Shown here: positions 27,131 to 42,085 of the stretch, one piece after another | How the letters are laid out: each line of letters opens with the position of its first letter | How positions within the stretch are numbered: position 1 is the stretch's first letter | Source of the DNA: Paraspadella gotoi | Lineage: Eukaryota > Animalia > Chaetognatha | Direction: 5' to 3' | Assembly (NCBI GenBank): GCA_051294375.1 | Contig: CM119265.1 | Location: forward strand, 18,046,643 to 18,110,483 | DNA: 63,841 nucleotides | Made by a program: the position numbers and the translations under genes | The notes under the pieces: generated by a model | Databases searched by the model: none | The model's input: the letters and a program-made list of their open reading frames with translations, nothing else | Told to the model about the DNA's origin: nothing

Positions 27131-28697
27131 ATAAAATTTAAGATCGGTAACGATAAGAAATTTCGAATTAGGATTTTTGCCAAATTTAAGAAACGTACGA
27201 CGTTGTATTCGAGATGCCTTCTGCTCAACTGGTCCACCGGAAACCATCTTTTCTCATTTTTTCCCCTTGAAAAACAAAGAAAATTACGAGACCAACGATG
27301 AAAGCGACTAATCAAAGCGACTGACAGCGCTACCTGCGGGGACGATGACCGCGACGCGCGACGAAGACCGCGACGCCGCCCGGGAAATAACGTCAACGAC
27401 CGCTAGAGGCGTTGCGCCGGGATAATCGAAGACGAGGTCGACGTTCGCCTCGATGAACAAAAATGCTAAATGACACTTTGTCTTTGACTTTTAATCCCTC
27501 AGACTGCGGGGCTCAGATGGAGAGGTTGAGTCAACATTGTTTGACTGAGACGAGACGGGAAAGAACACCCTCTTTGTTCTTTGGGAGGAGGAGGAAGAAG
27601 CAGACGAGGCCGGAGCCCGACAATGCCGACGATCTCCTTCAGGACGATGGAGGAATTTGGTGTCTCGTTTTTCATCGTCAAAAGCGAAGGGACTACAGCG
27701 CCTCTCTTGAGGAGTCCTTCAAAGAAAAAAAAAAAGAACAAAAGGTCGAAAGCGAAAGAGCGATGCGAAGGGGGAAAAAGTTTTCCTGGATGCTTCAAAA
27801 AGAATTAGGGACAAAATACGATGCCTAATTGCCTATTTTTAAAAGCCTTTTTTTTTTGTAATTTAAGAATAGTAATATCCTAAATTGACATTCTTTAAAG
27901 GAAATTGTGATGATCGCAAGAACCGATAGAAAACATAGTGAAGAGTGGAAGGTCAGTTCGGCTGATCAAGAAGTCATTAAAAATCTTAAATTTGGCTAAA
28001 CGTTTAGATTCATTTCCGAAAAAAAAAGATTAGGGATGACATCAACAAAAAAAGACACAAAAAAAAAGAAAAAATGGGGAAAAGGGGAAGACGGAGAGAG
28101 AGAGAGAGAAATGTTAAGAGAGCCGTCAAACTAAGCCGAGGAGGAAGAAACCACAAAGACATCAATAAGCTTCTTGGAGTCTCTAGGCGACGGAAACGAC
28201 AACGACGATAATGACGACGATAATGACGACGATAACGACGACGAGGCAAGAATCATGTCAAAGAAGACGAAGTTAACGCCGGGTTAGAAAAAAAAAGTTT
28301 AATACGTATAAAAGAGGTAGCAATTATTAGATTAAATAAGGAAAAACAATGAAAACAATGTATAGCAAAAGGAAAATGTAAACAAAGCCGAAACAATGTA
28401 AAGCCTTGAAAATGACAGAGATGCTCTGGCGGTTACGATGACGACAAAGACGATTAAAAGGACAATGAAAAGGAGACTTGATAGTCGAACACGACGACAA
28501 AGAATTTTTCACAATTTGGCGACGTCAACTCCAAAAGCCAAAGTTGTAAAATTCCAAGTCTCAGTCGGGAAATGAGGAAGGATTGAGGGAGAGAGAGAGG
28601 ATGAAGAAAAATAGAGATGGAGACAAAGAAATAAGAAAGGGAGAAGTTGAAGGGGAAAAGGGAAGCAAATAAAGAGAGAAAAAAAAATAAAATGAAG

Positions 28698-28791
<94 letters not shown>

Positions 28792-29466
28792 GTGAAAAAA
28801 ATAAATGAAAAAAAAGGGTCACAAAGTCTTTTTCTCTAATCCTAATTTCTCCTATTACCCTCCCCCCTCTCCTTGTCCCTTTTTCCACTCTCCCTCCCAC
28901 ATCTTTTAACTCCAGTCATGAGTGAAAAGAAGGCGTGAAGATTCGATTCACCGAATTCGACGAATCGAATTATCGCTCGACCCACGTGACCCGAATCACA
29001 ACCAGACTTTCTCGTGGAGGATATCGCTTGGATAATGTCGAGCGGTAGAAAAGTCCAGCGTTCCCGGTCGGTAATCGGGGTAGGGCTAAGCAAACTTGAT
29101 TACTAAATCAAAGTAAGACAACGACAACGATTTAATCATAATGATCACGAAAACGAGATAACGAAACGTCGGGTGAAGCGAAAGACCTCACAAAATGACG
29201 TCATGGCGTCGTGAAACAACCTTTAAATACTTAAAATTCACCACCAGTAAAAACGGCGGAAAAACTGAGGTAAACTGGAATAAACAAAATAACAAAGGAA
29301 TCCGACGAAAACGTCTTAGTCTAGTTTGCGTCTTCATTAAGAATTTCTGAAAGGAAACGAAACGTAACTTAAAAGCGAAATGATTTCGTGAGAGAGAGAG
29401 AGAGTGGTTTCGCGATGCGGTTATCGATTCCCTGGTTAACTTTGTCCTCGGGTCCAAATTAGAGGC

Positions 29467-29569
<103 letters not shown>

Positions 29570-30461
29570 TAAGGGTAAACGAATTGTCACAAAAAAGGAA
29601 AGGGAAGAAAAGAAAGAAAGAAAAAATTAGGCAAAATAGAAGAAAATAAATAAGAGAAAATAGGCTACTCGATGGTAATCTCATTTTCTGCTCAGAGAAT
29701 CTCACCATTCACCAACTCACCACCGTTTCTCACAGTAGCCCATTGCATTATTTTTATTCTTTTTCTTTCAATTGTTTACAAATATAAATAATTAATATTT
29801 TTAATAACGGTTCATCCCTAAATAGAAAATAAAAAATGTGAGGTGATCTAGAGAGCGTAAGTTGAGACAAATACTTTCGTACTTGTTATATCGTTCTAAT
29901 ATTGATTTTGAGAAATGCGAATTTATATATATATTCAGTAATACATAATAGGCGTGAGTAAACTAAAGGACCTTGCAAAAATAAATTTAAAAAGGAAATT
30001 GCTATTTCAACGAAAAAAAGTTAATGGTCCTAAAAAAAAGAAAAGAAATTAATGGGTATTTCGAAACAGATAAAGAAGAATAAATGATTAATGGGGAGAC
30101 AGCGGGCTTAGAATTCGAGAATAAAAAATCCATAGAAAAAAAAATCAATGAATCGATAAAATATGAACGATAACAAAACGATTACTAAAGCTGATTCATG
30201 CTAAAGCGAACAAATAATTCAATTGTTATACATAAAATGTACTTTTCATTAACCTAATCAAATTTAAATTTCATAAAAAAAAAATTTTAAACAGTTTTTT
30301 GGTTTGATAACGTCAATCAATACAAAATTTTTCTACGGAAAGATTTCGCTATTATTTTTAGTGAGAGCCACAAACTAAAATTTTAAATTCATGAATTTAA
30401 TCCCTCTTTTAGGTTTCTACGCCAAGGGGGTACATCACGAGACAAAAACCTTCATAAATTC

Positions 30462-30537
<76 letters not shown>

Positions 30538-33361
30538 CTCCCCTGGCAATTTTCAACGTCGACGCCCAAGATCGATGCTCAATTTACATTTTTCAGCATT
30601 ATCTTTATTAGGTTTTTGTACCATTATTTATTTTTTATCTTTCGCCTGGTTGGCTTTCCTTTTTTTTCCTCTTTCCTTTTTTCTTCTTTTGTTTTATCAT
30701 TCTCTCTTCTCTCTCTTCCCTCATTCCTTCTTCCTCCTTTCTTCTTTGCCTCCTTTCTTCTACTCCCTTTCCTTTTTTTTCTTTCCTTTTATCTTTCCTT
30801 CTTTCTTTATTTCCGAATCCTTCCTTCCCAAATTTATTAGAAGATGGCGCTTCGTCGTAGATGGTTGTGAAGATTAGGTTTTTCGTATCGAGGTGGTTCT
30901 TGCTCATTGCTCGATTCACCACCATCTGGGGCGAGACGGGGAGAGACGGGGCGAGACGAAGCACTGGCTAACGTTAACATGGAAATTTAGTCACATCTTT
31001 CTACAATCTACATCTAGTTCATATTCAGCCATTTTAATATTCTTTTCATGCGATTAAATACAGTAATTTTATTTCCATGTCAAGTTTCTTGTTACTACTT
31101 TTGTACACTCAGTTATCAGCAGCATGCAATCACCCTTTACCGGTTAGCAAGTAGGTTCAGCCATGTGATGCCACCTTGTATGTATGTATTATACACGACA
31201 CCCAACCATAAACGACGCCCCCTCGTAAAAATACGTCACGGAAGGACCTTGCTCCGGAGAAAGCGAAGCCGCAAGGATTTCCCCTAACTAACGCTAGAAG
31301 AATGACACCGCGCCCATAAGCGACGCCGGCCCCCAAAGCGCCTGTCCTAAAGCAGCGCCGGTGGTAAAGCGGCGCCGGCCGTGGAACGCCGTCGGGGGAA
31401 AACCTCGCAGGAAAGAATCGGTTCACAACCGAAGACCCAACAAATTTATCTTCGAAGGAGAAAAAAAAATATCGTTTTAAGGTCACGTGACTTTACGTCA
31501 AAATTTTCGTGATTTATACAATTTTAAAGGAGGAGACAGAGAGGGAAAAGGGAAAGAGAGAGAAAGGGAGTGAAAATAGAAGTCGTGAAATAGGAAAAGG
31601 AGACCGGCCAGAAAGACAGAAAAAGAAAACAGAGATAGTAAAAGTGGAAAGAGAATAGGGAGAGAAGGAAAGTTTATGGGGTAAACGTGGGGAAGAAAGA
31701 TTTGCCAGAGAGAAAGTGATGCGGGGATGAGAGGACACAATGGAAGAAATTGCGAGGGTAAAGAAAAAGGTAAAGAGTTGGAGGAGATGGAGAGAAATTC
31801 CAAGGAAAAAAGAAGGAAAGTGAAGAATTTATTCATAATATTTTTTTAGCCTATGAACTATTAATTTTACACCTTAACTTGCGAAGATAAAAAAAAGTTA
31901 CAAGTCACTTTCAGCGAGGCGAGGTGAAAAAGTCGGAACTTTGTTTAAATGTAAAATTATCTAATTTTTGCCTTCATTTGTATGCCATGTTGGGTAACGT
32001 TTCGACTTAAACAATAATTTAAAACCGGATTTTCGAAGACACCATTTATGAAAAAAATATATGTTAAAATGAAAAACTTACCTGTTTTAATCCAGACAGA
32101 AGTTCAAAAGAAAAAGAAAAGGAATAACGAGAACATTTAACTTTTAGTCGTGAATTAATAAGAAAAACCTGCGAAAGTAAAGGATATTAAGTTTTAATTT
32201 AACTAGCTTTTTATCCATCTTCCATTGACATCTCTCATCTCTCATCTGCCTCTCCGCATCTCCAGTTTTTAAGATTGCCACGATTCGGCCTACATCAACG
32301 CCACCCCCACCTTTACCGCTCCAAGCTGGGGACGACTGGGGGCGTCGCTAAATATCTTCCCGGGTCCCAAGTTCCCGCCTCACAACTTAGAGACGTTTCT
32401 TCTATCCCTAGGGGGGGCGTATCTGTCTTTGAATCACCTCTGCCTCGTGAGAAATGAGAGGAGAGTCACTTCGGCCCAACAGGGAAGCCAACGCACTTGC
32501 TGTCAAATACGTATTACCCTTCACTCCTGCTCGTTTTTAGTTGCGCCGTTTAAGTTTCAAGACGGTTCATCGCCGATGGCATCGATGGCACGTGACAACG
32601 TAGAAACACGGTCAAGCGACCAAAAAGTAAATGCCGCATATTTGTTTAATATTTGTTTGTTTCCCTTAATACTTAGGAGAAGTAATAAACCCTAAGCTGC
32701 TCCTTGTTCATATGTTTCATAGTTATGTAGTCAAGTGATCATCCAAAAATGTGTGCTCATCTGATAGTCACTGCGGCGCAACCGTTGGTTTGCGAGAATC
32801 TCTTGAGCAACATCTCACATCCCTTTTTGTCTCCTTCACACTCCCGCCCCTACTCAATCTGGAACCTCGAGACGGGGAATAAATGAGTCAATCGACTCGC
32901 CTCCTTCCACTTTAGAGAAGGTGGGCGCGGTTGTGGCCCGATGGCCCCGATATCTCGATCGATAGAAGAAATCGTTTCGTGCTCAATGCTTAAAATCTCG
33001 TTTACATATTGTGATTCGTAAATAACGAGCTCAGTTGATTTGAACAACTGTAGTTTCGTGAGAGTAAAAAACTCATCAACTAAATAATTTTTATGTTCCT
33101 ACTCTCAGCATCAGAGTAAGCAGCTCCAGGGTAGGAGCGATATATATTTTGATATGGGAACTGGGAACAGAAAGAAATGTTTAGGAATGTTATATATCAG
33201 TTTAGAAAAAGAAGGCGCCAAAGAATTCGATCGAAATCTCTCCCTTTTTATTTTTTCATTAGTGCAATTTTTCTTGCTCAATACTCATCGTTTAATCGTT
33301 TAATCTTCTTATTGTCTTAATTGTCAAATTGTCTCTTTTATTTCAGAAAAAAAAAAAAAGA

Positions 33362-33635
33362 TATTTTTTCGTGGAATTATTTTAGAATTTATGATTAAAC
33401 TACGATAAATTCTTGTATAAATTGTCATAACTCATAAGCTGTGTAAAAATAGTTTTTACAATTTATTTATTTATTTATAAAATAGTTATTTATTTGTAAA
33501 AATAGTTTTTACAATTTATTTATTTATTTATTTATTTTTTCGTGGAATTATTTTAGAATTTATGATTAAACTACGATAAATTCTTGTATAAATTGTCATA
33601 ACTCATAAGCTGTGTAAAAATAGTTTTTACAATTT
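33362..33635. repeat. Direct duplication of a ~100 bp AT-rich unit (33362-33463 and ~33533-33635) separated by partial sub-repeats
   Basis: tttttcgtggaattattttagaatttatgattaaactacgataaattcttg...gtgtaaaaatagtttttacaattt occurs twice. Confidence 0.9.
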
Positions 33636-36600
33636 GGTGCTGCGATTTCGACTGATACCGTAAAAGAATATATATATTACATTGTTGTATATATGTCTTA
33701 TGTGATCATCATAATTCATGACTTATGACGACATATGTACGTAAAATTACGTCACATAAAAATATTTCTCTCTCGTTTTTTTCTGGTTTAATAGTACTAG
33801 CTTCATTGCTGATAACAACAGATTAAACTTAATTGTATGTAATTTGTCGTTTATTGTTTATACAAATCGACGACGTAAACTCGCTGTAAATCTTAAACCC
33901 ACTTCGTTCTCCCACCAACCCTTCTCCTTCGCCTCATCTTCAGGTTCTCCCCCGAGAGAACGTCCCGCAAAGTGACGCGCCTTTTGTCCTCCTTACCTCC
34001 ATCCCTCGAGAGCACGGGGTGGGATGGGAGAATGAGAGGGTGAGTGCGTGGGTGAGTTAAGCTTTTTCTTCTCTTCGGGTCCGTAAATCTCCTTGTTTTG
34101 ACGCGGCTCGATTTATGAGGTGGAGGGACATCGGCGACTCCGGAAGAAGCCGGGAAAAAAAGGCCGGAAATTCGTGAGAGAAACGCTGGAAAAGGAAACC
34201 TGCCGGGAGAGAGAGAGAGAGAGAGAGAGAGAGCTACCTCCGAGCAAAGAACGCTAGCAACAGGGCGTCTTTTTGCTTGGGGTTTGGCAGGGTTCTTTTG
34301 ATAAGGACCATCAAGGCTGGATAAGTGGGTTAATCAGACCAGCGAAGGATGGGTAAGGCGTTGTGGACCTAAATTGCGGTATGAGACGACCAACCACCTC
34401 GCGTCTTACCAAAAGTTTAAAAGGAAAGGGTCACCGTGGAAAGGGTAAGGCTGAGGCCGAGGGAAATCGATTAATTTCCCGCCAAAAGACAAGTGGAACG
34501 TAAAAAAGTAAAAGGGATAAGAGAAGCGGTTAGAAGGGAACGTATAAACCAAAAAGAGCACGGTAACAACGGATAGAAAAATATGAAATAGAGAAATGAG
34601 AGACCTCAGTCCTAAAAAATAAGTTTAAAGATATTTATAAACCGATTGACAAAAGATTGAAGGAATTGTTAAATGTTCTATCAAAAAAACATTTTTTTAA
34701 AAAAACCCTTGAGAAACATTGATTCACGAGAAAAAATATATTTATTGTACTCCCAATTTTGTAAGAAATATTTCAAACTAGTTGCGTAAACACTTTCATT
34801 TTGTTTTTCTTTTTGGTTGTTTTTGTTTGTAATTGTGATGCAAAGTTTATCCAAGCAATTGGCAGATCTTCAAACATTTACTAATTCCACACAAACAGTG
34901 TGCCATAAATTTAGTAGAAAAAGACGTTCCAAAGAAATACATATCACGTCGTATCCGATATCGATTTCGCAACTAAAGAAAAGAAATTCCAGGTAAAAAG
35001 TTTTATTATTATTTTATCTCACCTATGATGATCGGAACTCGGCGTCGATGCATCATCGCATCGCCGTAATCGCATTTTCGAATCGAAAATCTGATTTATA
35101 TCGAAGAAGCGAAGTTTGGAGGTCAAATTCGACGTGAAATATTTGGAATTCATGAAACTATTGGTCGATTGTGACTTTCAATAATTTAAAAGTTATCACC
35201 TCGTTTTAAACGTCCGAGTTTGTTGCAACCGAGACGCGAAGAAAAACAGAAACGCTTAATCACCGAATTTCCGCTCGATTCGTCGCTACGAAAAAAAAAG
35301 CGCCGGCTTCTCGAAACGTTGGGCGTTTTTCCGTCGTCTCGGCGTCACGGGCGTCGTTCGTGGTCGCCATGGAGACGCGCGTTATTTTTCGGACGACGGG
35401 GTCCCGCTCTCTCTGCCCATCGGAGAATGACGTTATCCTTCGTTCGGCCTTCGAAGACGACGGCGCCGGCGTCGGCTTCGTCTAGGACGGGCGACGGTTT
35501 CAAGGCGGAGAGGCCACTCCCTTTTGTCCCATTTTCGGACCGTCACACCCACCGTCGCGTCTTCGTTACGGGGCGGTCGTCGTCGGGGTCTTCGTCATCG
35601 TCATCGATGGAAATGGATAAAAGAAGAAGAATTTCAAGGACTGAGAAGTGAGAAGGGTTAATACTGGAAATACCTTGGCATGAATTTTTATCGGTGACAA
35701 CGACGACGACGACGACGACGACGACGAAAAAACTCGGACGTCCGAGGTAGAACACGACGACGTTGCGGAAACTCGGTTTACGATGTTTTTTTTTTGTTCG
35801 AAATCGCCGATACAAGAGAGGCGCGCCCAGAAACGCTGGCCGCGTCGGATAATATGAATCCAGAACCGTCAGGGGAAACGGAGCGGCATCGGGCGGATCT
35901 CTCCCGGCGCCGGATGACGTATTTAGGGTTACGAGTTATGGCGGCGGTGGCGGTGGCGGCGGTGGCGTATACTATAGAGGAGGTTATTGAAAAAGAGTAG
36001 CGTGATGGAGGCGAGAGTGGTAAAAGGGTAGTGGGGTGACGACGGAAGTCGACTTGTGAAGGAAACGCGACCCAAATGGAGTTGAGTTGATTCTGTTTAT
36101 GTCTCGTCCGTCGAAGAAGAAAAACACATTTAATACACAAATTGAAGTCCTAATCCTACGAAATTTTAGGGAAAGAATTTTAGGTGAAGGTTAGTATAAA
36201 AAAAGCGTATATTATGAAATACAACAACGACAAAGTTACCCCGAGCAGATCCCGGAAGAGAGAAAATGAGAACAGTTTTCAATATAATACGTGACAAAAG
36301 CAAAAATTGATTTTTTTTAATTTTAGAGGTGGAATACAGGGTCGACGAAGAAAAGAAGTTATATGCTCTTAATTTTATCTTATTGATGTGATTAAATGAT
36401 TGATAGCTTTATTTGCTACAGCGAAAAAGAATCGACATTCACAGCTAAATTTTCGCCTCTGGATTGAATAAAAAGAATAATTTACGAACGCCCTAGTTTA
36501 AATATTGCGAATGAAGCGAAAAAAGGCAGCCCGTAAAACGAGAACGGACGAATATGAAAAAAAGGGGAAAAATGGACAAAAAATAAAATCCGAGGATGAA

Positions 36601-36764
36601 AGAATCAAATGGATAAAAAGTCGTCATCGACGCAACTAAAAAGACTTCGTCTCTCAAAAAGTCGATGGAAGCAAAAAAAAAAAAGGAAGAGAAGAAGACA
36701 AAAAACACAAATAACTGTCATTATTATCTCTCTTCCCAGCGTGTTAGAGAGAGAGGAGAGAGAG

Positions 36765-36837
<73 letters not shown>

Positions 36838-37547
36838 CGAGCCTTTGAAACGGGAACATCTTCGAATCGATAAACTCCAGGGTCTCCGTTGCCACCCTTC
36901 CACTAGCCCCAACCGAAGGAAACCTTTGCCTACTTAATTCACCCACTTCCTTCTCACCTTCACCACCACCATTACCCACCTTAACTTTTCCGCTACACCG
37001 CTCCCTTTCGCCCACCTCCCGAAAAGTCGAGAGAAAGGATTTTGACGGTTGCGCCAGAGATTTCTTCTTCTTTATCTTTGGAAAAGCGAGAATAATCTGC
37101 CCAGTGCCCACTCCAAGCGATTCGATTTCGAGCGCGGAGGAATACGTAGTAGGTATTGAACGAGTAAAACGGAACTACTTTTTTCCCCTTCTTTTAATCA
37201 ATTCTATCACAAAATTACGGATTTGTAAATATTTTCAACTGTTTTATGTCTTCATCATCCGTTTCAAAAACTTTAAAATACACTCCCAAACTCTTCCAGA
37301 TGAACTCTTTGCTTTAATTATATTAAATTACAAAATTAAAAAAAATTGCGGGTGCAAAAACAAAAGAAATTAAGCGATGGGTTATTAAGAGGAATTCTTT
37401 AATTTTCCAAGCTGAATGGACAAAAACCAAGTGCGGCGGGCTAATTAAATTGGATTTTTAAGAATTAGAATCTTTGATGTTGCAAGATAAAGAATAAACA
37501 TTTTTATGAAGAAACAAATACCAATGAACAGCGGAGGGAGATGGAGA

Positions 37548-37638
<91 letters not shown>

Positions 37639-38305
37639 GTAGAGAGGCTCTTAATTCGAAACCAACAAGGATTCATTTTACTAACAGTATTTTTTGTTTT
37701 TCATTCATATTTTTCTCCTTCCCATTCTTAAAGAATTATTCGTTCTTAATTTTTCGTTTCGATCCAGAATAAAGAAGTTAACTGCCACGCATGCGCACTC
37801 ATGTGAAACAGCTGTGAAACGTGTGCAAGTTTACACACGATTCACATGAGAGATCACGTTCAATGGCGAGCGCGGTTTACAGTTTTAAATTTTGACAGTT
37901 TGAGTCGTTTTTTTCCTGTCGTGTTGTTCGGACTGTTTTCTTCGAAGATTGTTTGCAGCGTCTCCGTCGCATCATATCCGGTCGGATGACGTCACTTTCG
38001 GTCAATGACGGCGGTAAACAGTCCGCGGATGTTGTTGTTGCCCATCTAAAGATTTGGCAAAAGAATTTTGGGGCCGTTTAGTCTTCCATAAATACTTTTC
38101 TCTTTCCTTAATGCGAGTTTTAAATTTTGAAAGCCGTAAAAAATCGTTTTATAAAAATCTATTTACGTAAATGCGTCAATATTTAAAACCGGAAATGTAG
38201 ACGTCGACCATCAGAATCACCAGTGAAGCTTCCCTCCATTTCCTCCGCCGATGGTCGTCTTGAGTCGGTGATTTTCACCGGTGAGACTGCGGTGGAAGGT
38301 GAGGG

Positions 38306-38436
38306 TCATTGATGGTTTGGAAAGGTGAGACGGTGGCGGCGGGTGGTGGGAGAAGATGGAACCGTTTGTCCCTCGATGTGATGCGTCCTCACGACCGTCG
38401 GATCCGTGAGTGGCAGCTTTCTCACGTTGTCGTCAA
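38306..38436 (-). CDS. Predicted shared terminal coding exon of an unidentified minus-strand gene: xDDNVRKLPLTDPTVVRTHHIEGQTVPSSPTTRRHRLTFPNHQ*
   Basis: Acceptor ttccttag| at 38437-38438 in phase 1; open to TGA at 38306-38308; non-repetitive. Phase matches the donors at 39586, 41912, 45340 and 48843. Confidence 0.6.
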
Positions 38437-38752
38437 CTAAGGAACCAATCAGAGTTCGAAAGGAAGAACCAACTGCCCAATCGCGGGTTTCCGTCTTCAA
38501 TAGGAAGACAAAAAAAAAGTTTTATTTTTAATCTTTTGACTTTTGGAGGAGAATGAAGATGGAGAAACGGGTAAGAAGGAGTGAAGAAGAAAAAAATAAG
38601 GGTAAGGATCGGAAAAGTAAGTCGGGATTGATATTTATTGAAAAATACCGTCCAGGATAAAAGAAGGAGCCAACTAAGAATTATTAAGAGACATTCACCA
38701 AATTAACCACCATGTGTCTTATGCGACATAGAGAGGGAGAGATAAGAGGGGG

Positions 38753-38838
<86 letters not shown>

Positions 38839-38943
38839 CATCGGTTCTCGGAAGCTACGGAAGGTAAATGTCAAAGGAGAGGGAGTTTTCAATCTCGTCT
38901 CCGTCTCGCGATCGCCGTCGCGGATTCTCTCAACTGACACTGT

Positions 38944-39001
38944 GCGGCGGTGGCGGCGGTGGCGGCGGTGGCGGCGGTGGCGGCGGTGGCGGCGGTGGCG
39001 G
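38944..39001. repeat. (GGCGGCGGT)n 9-bp tandem repeat
   Basis: Direct reading. Confidence 0.95.
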
Positions 39002-39255
39002 CTGCGGCCGAGTAAGTAACAAATTGGGAACTCGATCTACATCGACACAAAGAGAGAAAGTTGTACAATTCTGTTGCCATGTTATCTCGCCCTCTCTCTA
39101 TCTCTGTCTCTTTCTCTCTCTCACTCTCTCAGTCTAACCTCTCACTATTTTTCTGAATAAAAACAAAACAGAAAAAGATAACCTCTAGCGATGTTTTCTT
39201 CCCATCGAGAGTCTAAAATCAATGACCTTTTCATCGATTGTCAAACACACACACA

Positions 39256-39341
<86 letters not shown>

Positions 39342-39585
39342 TCTCTCTCTCTCTTTTTATCTCATTCCTCTTTTATTGTTAATCATGATTAACTGTTGAT
39401 TAAATCAGATATACGTAGAATGATGATAATCTGTAAACTGTAAGAAAGAACCCAAAAAGTTAGCCTAACGCACAAAACCCTCATTTCACTTCATAAGAAG
39501 ACGTGACGGAGGGTACATTATTACGATCCTCCCTCCTCGCCACGCCCTCCGCCCCACGCCCTCCCCCCTATATCCTTTGACTCAC

Positions 39586-39703
39586 CGGGTCTCTCTTCGT
39601 CGTCATCCCTCCTGCTCTTCCTTTGTTCCCTCGGACGAGTCTGCGGGGGGGCGCGCGCGGCCATGCCACCGCCCCGCCCCCCGGACGTAAGGGCGGCGCT
39701 CAT
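39586..39703 (-). CDS. Predicted alternative first coding exon C: MSAALTSGGRGGGMAARAPPQTRPREQRKSRRDDDEERP
   Basis: ATG at 39703 (aacATG); consensus donor G|gtgagt in phase 1; shares RAPPQTRPR with the 45340-45490 exon. Confidence 0.7.
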
Positions 39704-40371
39704 GTTCGCCGGCGGCGGCGCTGGCGGCGTAGCCAGTCTCGATCCTCTCGTCGCCAACGCATCCTCTTTTCTCGATCGGAGGATTGAAAAACCCGGCGAA
39801 GTCGTCGAAAGTTTGGTTGTTTTTTTTTCTTCGCCGGAAAATCACAATATCCCAAAACTGTTGTTGCTCTTTTATTTATTTTATTTTTTTTTTTCAAATT
39901 TTCGCGGCGTCGTCCGCCATTTTGGGTCTAGTCGATTCGTCGATTCGCGCGGGGCGGGGTGCGTTTTTCTCCTGTACTTAATATAATATCCTTGCACGAT
40001 GTTTATAAAAATTGTCGGCGAAAGATTAGATATGAAATCCGTCGCGTCTCCGAAACAAGTGAAATCGACCAATCAGAACGCGACGTGGATCGCAACATGA
40101 AAAATTTAACGTCGGTAATTTGAGAATAAAAATTTGAAAGCCTATCCGAAAGGGTAAGTGACGATAGTCCTATGTACAGCAAAGAATCGGCGAGGTAAGG
40201 CTTGAAGCGAAGTAGACGAAAAATACTCCCCCAATATGGCGACAAATAAAACACAAAAAAAAAACTGGGAAGAGAGAGAGAGCGAGAAAGACAGTCGGAG
40301 AGAGACAGAGAGAGAAATTCCGTTTTTTCGCCCGTTATCGATATTGATATCGCATTGCGATGCAACTAAGG

Positions 40372-40455
<84 letters not shown>

Positions 40456-41130
40456 GTCGTCCCGGTCCAAATATGACGGAGGGAAGCGTCGGTGTTTTTT
40501 CGTCCCCTTTGCTGACGCAGCAACAAGTCCCTCGGTCGCAAGGTTGTTAATTGAATCCTTCACCTTGGCCCGTACAGTCCGGCTCGCATATCAGTCTCTC
40601 TGTCGCTCGAACAGTCGCAGCGAGGACCACGTGGCTCCAGACGACGTAAAGCCCAGTTTTTCTTTCTTTTTTTTTCTCTCTATTTTTTAAATGTCCTTTT
40701 GTCAGTCGCCAGTCCCGCGATTCAGCCTTTCGCCGTTAGAAGAAATAATTGCTTAGTGGCGTGACGTCAACGATGAAACTAAAACGATTTCCGCTGCGCA
40801 TGCGGGTCACCATGGAGATTACGACGCTAGAGTCACTTCACGGTACAGATTTGGCGCGAGGCTGATAGAAAACATTTTTTGTTTTGAGAATTCATGGTTT
40901 TTCTCGATTTCTTGATCGTTTGATTGTTTTGAGAATCTTGAAATTTTCGTCATCGAGAGAAGTCATAAAAAGTCGTCGAATCTTGATCATTCCCTCATAA
41001 AACAAAATTACATGATTACTTAAAATTATTTATTCGTAAGTAATGTAAATGGGAGATAACGAAACGAAGAAAAAAACTGATTAAGTACTCGGAATTCCAG
41101 CAACGTCAACCAGACGATCCGTCGCTTGGC

Positions 41131-41193
<63 letters not shown>

Positions 41194-41911
41194 GCCGAGC
41201 GTATTGACAAACTCGTACTGACAAACGTTTTGACGTCGATGGGAATCGAGGAATCTTCTTTTTATCGCAGATATTTTGATATCGGCGTTATAAATATCAA
41301 GTCTCGAGAACGAGGCAGGATAATGAATTGAACGATGAAACCGCTACAGTTTCCTTTTTCATTAAAATTATTAAAAAGTAAAATCAGGACTTGACAAGGC
41401 TTAAATTTCCTCGAATACAGAATAACAAGAAAACATTAGAGATGTTCGGGATGATTCATCGACGAGCTGTCCACACCCATCTCTATTCAGTCCATTTGGT
41501 TTGTTCTTTGTCATTTCTGACGCCTTTTGCCGACAGGCGTTTGTATGAATGCATGAATCTTTTTTCTTTATTCTCTCGACACGCGTTGCTTCGAGGCAGA
41601 AGGCGAATTTTTCAATCGAAGTCTCGAATTAAGTCTTTTTCGATTTTTTTTTTTTCATTAAACGATTTGTTCGCTTTTTTTTCTTCTTCTCCGTCGATCG
41701 GTCGACGGACGTTTTCTTGTCGGTTGTTTCGTTTCAGTAACGAATGAGGACTTTCTCGACCTCGCTTCATCGTCGTCATCGTCGTCGTCATCATCAACAT
41801 CACCATCACGATGAACCCGGTCGTTTTTGCCGTCGTGCCTTCGCTTTGTTTATCACGCGTCTCCATTATATCTTGATTTGCGAAAATTAAGATATTTAAC
41901 AAGAGATGTAC

Positions 41912-42085
41912 GTGAAGCTGTGAAGGTTTGGCCGAATCGAACCACCGACTTTTCGACGGCTCTTGGGCAATGACGGAGCTCGTCCATTGAATCGCCTAGA
42001 AAGGTGTCGGTGAAGGATGTCGGCCAGGGATGTCGGGGAAGGACGCCGGGCGTCGGGCGTCGACCGAGCACGCGCTCAAAATTCT
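41912..42085 (-). CDS. Candidate symmetric (phase 1-1) internal exon: NFERVLGRRPTPGVLPRHPWPTSFTDTFLGDSMDELRHCPRAVEKSVVRFGQTFTAS
   Basis: GC-rich open island of 174 nt in AT-rich flanks, bounded by ggccag| and C|gtacat; both splice sites are moderate. Confidence 0.4.

Noticed and set aside
27463-27828. 121-aa ORF with a nearby acceptor
   Set aside because: No motif and no phase-compatible neighbouring exons found.
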